DNA of 64,000 nucleotides from Theionarchaea archaeon (GTDB lineage Archaea > Methanobacteriota_B > Thermococci > Methanofastidiosales > SZ-28-30): contig JACVGT010000034.1 in the NCBI GenBank assembly GCA_018992685.1, positions 1 through 64,000 on the forward strand. The letters run 5' to 3'. The position numbers were made by a program, and so were the translations under genes. The notes beneath the pieces were generated by a model that did not search any database, was not told the DNA's origin, and saw nothing but the letters and a program-made list of their open reading frames with translations. Of this stretch, positions 60,749 through 64,000 are shown piece by piece; position 1 is the stretch's first letter, and every line of letters starts with the position of its first letter.

Positions 60749-61107
60749 AAAAGAGCTTTTTATTCCATTTTTGCCATTATCGCCTCTTTTTAATTGTATG
60801 TGGGAAAAGAGATGCTAGGTATCTTTGTATCTATGGAGTCTTTCTAAGCTGGGGATAGATGGTTCAATCTAATCGCATTCAGCAGTTTTCTTAGCAGAGT
60901 GAGATCGTAGACAAATCTATGGCAATTGAGGTGTATTCCAAGGTACGTTGGATCGAATCTAATCCAATGACCTGCAACGTACCATTTCCACTTTATGTCC
61001 GCCAAGAATCTGGCCGGTAGAAACCTTCTCTCATTCCTCAGCTCGACCCATAAAGACTTTAAGCAAACCTTTTCTCAGTACAGCAACAAGAAACGGGAAG
61101 TGAAATT

Positions 61108-61251
61108 ATGACACTAGAAGCAGGAGAAAAACCTGGAAAAGGAAAGTACAAATGCACGAACTGTGCTGAGGTCATTACGCTAGAAGATCCTTCAGATGTC
61201 TTACCTGCATGCCCGGCATGCACGCAGACAGAGTGGAAGAAGCATGAATGA
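61108..61251 (+). CDS. Small zinc-ribbon protein (47 aa)
   Basis: Hand-translated MTLEAGEKPGKGKYKCTNC...LPACPAC...; T-rich terminator follows. Confidence 0.85.
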   Translation: MTLEAGEKPGKGKYKCTNCAEVITLEDPSDVLPACPACTQTEWKKHE

Positions 61252-61705
61252 TTCACCACTCATTTCTCCTTTTTTTCTTTCAGTGTGACTCTCAGTCTGA
61301 AATCAATGATTATCGTTTCCACTTCTCCAGTTTTCAGCCTCTGTCACACAGTTGTCCCCTTCGCTCCTAAATGAAGGAGCTGGACATCAGCCCAGCTCCC
61401 AGGTGATATCCGCCTTCTGCAAGATCTGTGCATCGTGCTGCGTTCTGATGTCACAACTCAGCAGTCTGTCAGGTCAACCCCGACAGATAAAGGCCGATAT
61501 CTCTTCTGCGCAGGTCCAGATATTAACATGCCGAGATTTTATGTGAGCATTTCCCCACAGAGATCACACTCTTTCATGAAAATCACAGGGAATCAAATTC
61601 AAGCACGGCCACAGTACACTCTTCTCCTACAGCTCAAATGGAAGATGTAAATCTTTATAAGCTTCTTCAGCAAAGAGGCCGAAATCATGAACCGAGGTTG
61701 ATAAG

Positions 61706-61951
61706 ATGGATCCCTTATATGTTGTGAATCTGGTCCTCTGTATCATTATCGTGGCTCTCGGATACTGGGGTTCCAAGAAAAGTGGCGATTCAGTACCGCT
61801 CTACATTGGCATTGCCTTTGGACTTTTCGGTATATCACATTTGTCAATCCTTTTGGGGCTGAAGGACACCCTCGAAACCCCTCTGATTATTGTCAGATTG
61901 TTGGCATACCTGGTAGTGATATTCGCCCTGTACAAAGTTGCCAAGAAATAA
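61706..61951 (+). CDS. Small three-TM membrane protein
   Basis: GAGGT RBS, hydrophobic, T-tract terminator. Confidence 0.75.
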   Translation: MDPLYVVNLVLCIIIVALGYWGSKKSGDSVPLYIGIAFGLFGISHLSILLGLKDTLETPLIIVRLLAYLVVIFALYKVAKK

Positions 61952-62028
61952 GTATTCCTCTTTTCTTTTTTTTTCGCGTCCTCAGAAGCAAAAAGCATAT
62001 TCCCACATCGACGGAAGAAAGAAGTACT

Positions 62029-63003
62029 TCATCCAACGACTGACGGATCTTTTCTCCAGTAGCATTGTACTAATGCATGTGCTTCACTCTGGATGATCTT
62101 TCTCTTGAGAAGGTCTCGAAGAAGCAGTGGAATGTGCAGCCTGTTGATGTCCTGCATCACATAGTCATCACTCTTCATGGAGCCCCTGTCCAGCCACACA
62201 TCCATGAACAGGTTGTCTGAAACCCTGTAGAACCAGGTAGTGGTGGGTAGGTGAGAAAAGAGCTCAATGACGAAATCTTCATAGTCGGTCTCCACCATGA
62301 AGACATAGGGGTCGTATGCAGGGACAGTCTCGGGGAAGTAGCACGTGAAGATGGTGCAGCATTCAGGAAGGCGTTCCAGCCACTGGTACGCACTTCCACT
62401 CCAGATATTGTGTTTGGCCTTGACGATGGGCTCCAGTGGTTTCCTGAGATTGTATTTCAATTCTCTGAAGAGTATTTCATCCGTCTCATTCCATTCTATG
62501 GATTCTGACCAGTGTGTGTTGATGAGCCCCTGGGGTAAGTATGTCTCTGGATCAAAGGTGTCCACCATTTCCTGCATGGTCTTGATGGAGTGTTCCCACG
62601 AGTGGTCTGGAGCATATGAGATATAGTAGTCCGAACGACGTCCTCCCACCACAACCCCATCCAGGTCAAGCTCTTTCAGAGAGATAATGCGCAGATTTGA
62701 AAACCCATCCATGAGGGTGTGGTAGACGACATCACTGTCTTGAGTGTATGTGCGGAATAACCCGATGGGATCATCACTGCGAATAAAGTAGACATATTCT
62801 GCAAAACTCGAAAATGATCTCTTTCTGATCTGTGGCCCCACAATGTATCCTTTCTCAACTGCGTCTCTTAACCTGGCGCCTGCCGTATTACGGTTTATCC
62901 CTAATGCGCTGGCAGCGTCTTTAACCTTGACCCGGGGGGACCTGTCCAACAGCTGGTATATGATCCTGTATTCTCTTTTGAGGCGTTTTTCAGTGAACTT
63001 CAT
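62029..63003 (-). CDS. Double HTH (Lrp/AsnC-like) transcriptional regulator
   Basis: N-terminal HTH (VKDAASALGINRNTAGARL) and second HTH-like region (WNETDEILFRELKYNLRKP). Confidence 0.7.
   Translation of the reverse strand: MKFTEKRLKREYRIIYQLLDRSPRVKVKDAASALGINRNTAGARLRDAVEKGYIVGPQIRKRSFSSFAEYVYFIRSDDPIGLFRTYTQDSDVVYHTLMDGFSNLRIISLKELDLDGVVVGGRRSDYYISYAPDHSWEHSIKTMQEMVDTFDPETYLPQGLINTHWSESIEWNETDEILFRELKYNLRKPLEPIVKAKHNIWSGSAYQWLERLPECCTIFTCYFPETVPAYDPYVFMVETDYEDFVIELFSHLPTTTWFYRVSDNLFMDVWLDRGSMKSDDYVMQDINRLHIPLLLRDLLKRKIIQSEAHALVQCYWRKDPSVVG
62048..62498. repeat. Direct repeat copy 1 (regulator 3' half)
   Basis: Nearly identical to ~63547-63994, offset ~1.5 kb. Confidence 0.9.
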
Positions 63004-63342
63004 GTCTCTTACCTTTTCGATTTGCAAGATCCTCCAACCAGTCACACGTAGCTCTGGTTGAACAGAGATGCCTTTCCGAGGTGGGTTCTCGTTTCACCCT
63101 TAAAAGATTTTCTGCTTTCAAAGGGATCACTTGAGTCTTAGTCCAAGAAAAATTGCAGGAATCATTCATAGCTGCTTTAGATTCACTCGGGAGTCTCTAG
63201 ATTCTGAAATCTTGAAGTATGGCCTGGTAAGGCTGAAAGCTTGCCTAGAAGAGTCGTGAAGCGACTTTACATTTCGGATTTGCCGTGTTTGATGGCAACA
63301 TTTTTAAAGTAGGCATGAGAATTGAGTAACGAGGTGGAAGAG

Positions 63343-63534
63343 ATGAAAAAGATCTTGGTTCTCCTGCTCTTGGTAGGGGTTTTCATAGGAACCTCAGTGA
63401 CGGCTGCTGAAGCTTGTGGAGACGTCTTCTCTGACGACACTGAACCAGAAGATCCCGCACCAGGGAATGCAGCTCCTGATAACCCGCTGCCTCTTGGTGG
63501 AGGCGGTGGAAACGGTGGAGGCGCTCCAGGTTAG
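63343..63534 (+). CDS. Small secreted peptide with a Gly-rich C-terminus (63 aa)
   Basis: MKKILVLLLLVGVFIG signal; acidic/Pro middle; ends PLPLGGGGGNGGGAPG; GAGGTG RBS; TTTTAAAG TATA. Confidence 0.75.
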   Translation: MKKILVLLLLVGVFIGTSVTAAEACGDVFSDDTEPEDPAPGNAAPDNPLPLGGGGGNGGGAPG

Positions 63535-63536
63535 AT

Positions 63537-64000
63537 TCATGTGAGGTCTTTTCTCCAGTAGCATTGTACTAATGCATGTGCTTCACTCTGGATGATCTCT
63601 CTTTTGAGCAGGTCTCGAACCAGCAGTGGAATGTGCAACCTGTTGATGTCCTGCATCACATAGTCATCACTCTTCATGGAGCCCCTGTCCAGCCACACAT
63701 CCATGAACAGGGTGTCTGAAACCCTGTAGAACCAGGTAGTGGTGGGCAGGTGAGAAAAGAGCTCAATGACGAAATCTTCATAGTCGGTCTCCACCATGAA
63801 GACATAGGGGTCGTATGCAGGGACAGTCTCGGGGAAGTAGCACGTGAAGATGGTGCAGCATTCAGGAAGGCGTTCCAGCCAGCCACTGATGTCGCCTGCA
63901 GAAATATGATGGGCTTTCATGAGGGGAGTCAGTGGTTTCCTGAGATTGTATTTCAATTCTCTGAAGAGTATTTCATCCGTCTCACTCCATTCTACAGATT
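63537..64000 (-). CDS. Second copy of the Lrp/AsnC-like regulator (3' part; start outside the window)
   Basis: Near-identical protein sequence to the C-terminal half of 62029..63003. Confidence 0.8.
   Translation of the reverse strand, partial: SVEWSETDEILFRELKYNLRKPLTPLMKAHHISAGDISGWLERLPECCTIFTCYFPETVPAYDPYVFMVETDYEDFVIELFSHLPTTTWFYRVSDTLFMDVWLDRGSMKSDDYVMQDINRLHIPLLVRDLLKREIIQSEAHALVQCYWRKDLT
63547..63994. repeat. Direct repeat copy 2
   Basis: Nearly identical to ~62048-62498. Confidence 0.9.

Noticed and set aside
1-64000. Transposases, integrases, rRNA, selenoprotein read-through
   Set aside because: None recognised in the window

Overview
Archaeal DNA. The evidence is an intron-containing tRNA-Ala, rpl37e next to an Sm gene, BRE/TATA promoters, GGTGA/GGAGGT ribosome-binding sites and T-tract terminators; the gene style suggests a Theionarchaea-like euryarchaeote (inference). 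Most of the window is housekeeping or metabolic genes. The standout is a ~12 kb candidate RiPP biosynthetic cluster (9.2-21.1 kb). It contains an unannotated 30-aa precursor (MKYVEPEVFEFAEESITDKCLAMWATFTPT) with a lasso-type YxxPxV RRE-binding leader, an RRE-fused rSAM/SPASM, a second rSAM/SPASM, a B12-dependent rSAM, a stand-alone PqqD/RRE, a transglutaminase-like peptidase, an HprK-like kinase, two nucleotidyltransferase-like proteins and an ABC exporter. No lasso cyclase is present. Other notable items are a secreted Rhs-type protein at the left edge, a 5-FCL-like/Tpt1 fusion, a Cys-less thiolase with a DUF35 partner and a decayed paralog, and, at the right edge, tandem HTH regulators with a locally diverged helix flanking a small secreted Gly-tailed peptide. 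All product calls come from motif recognition by eye; no database searches were run.
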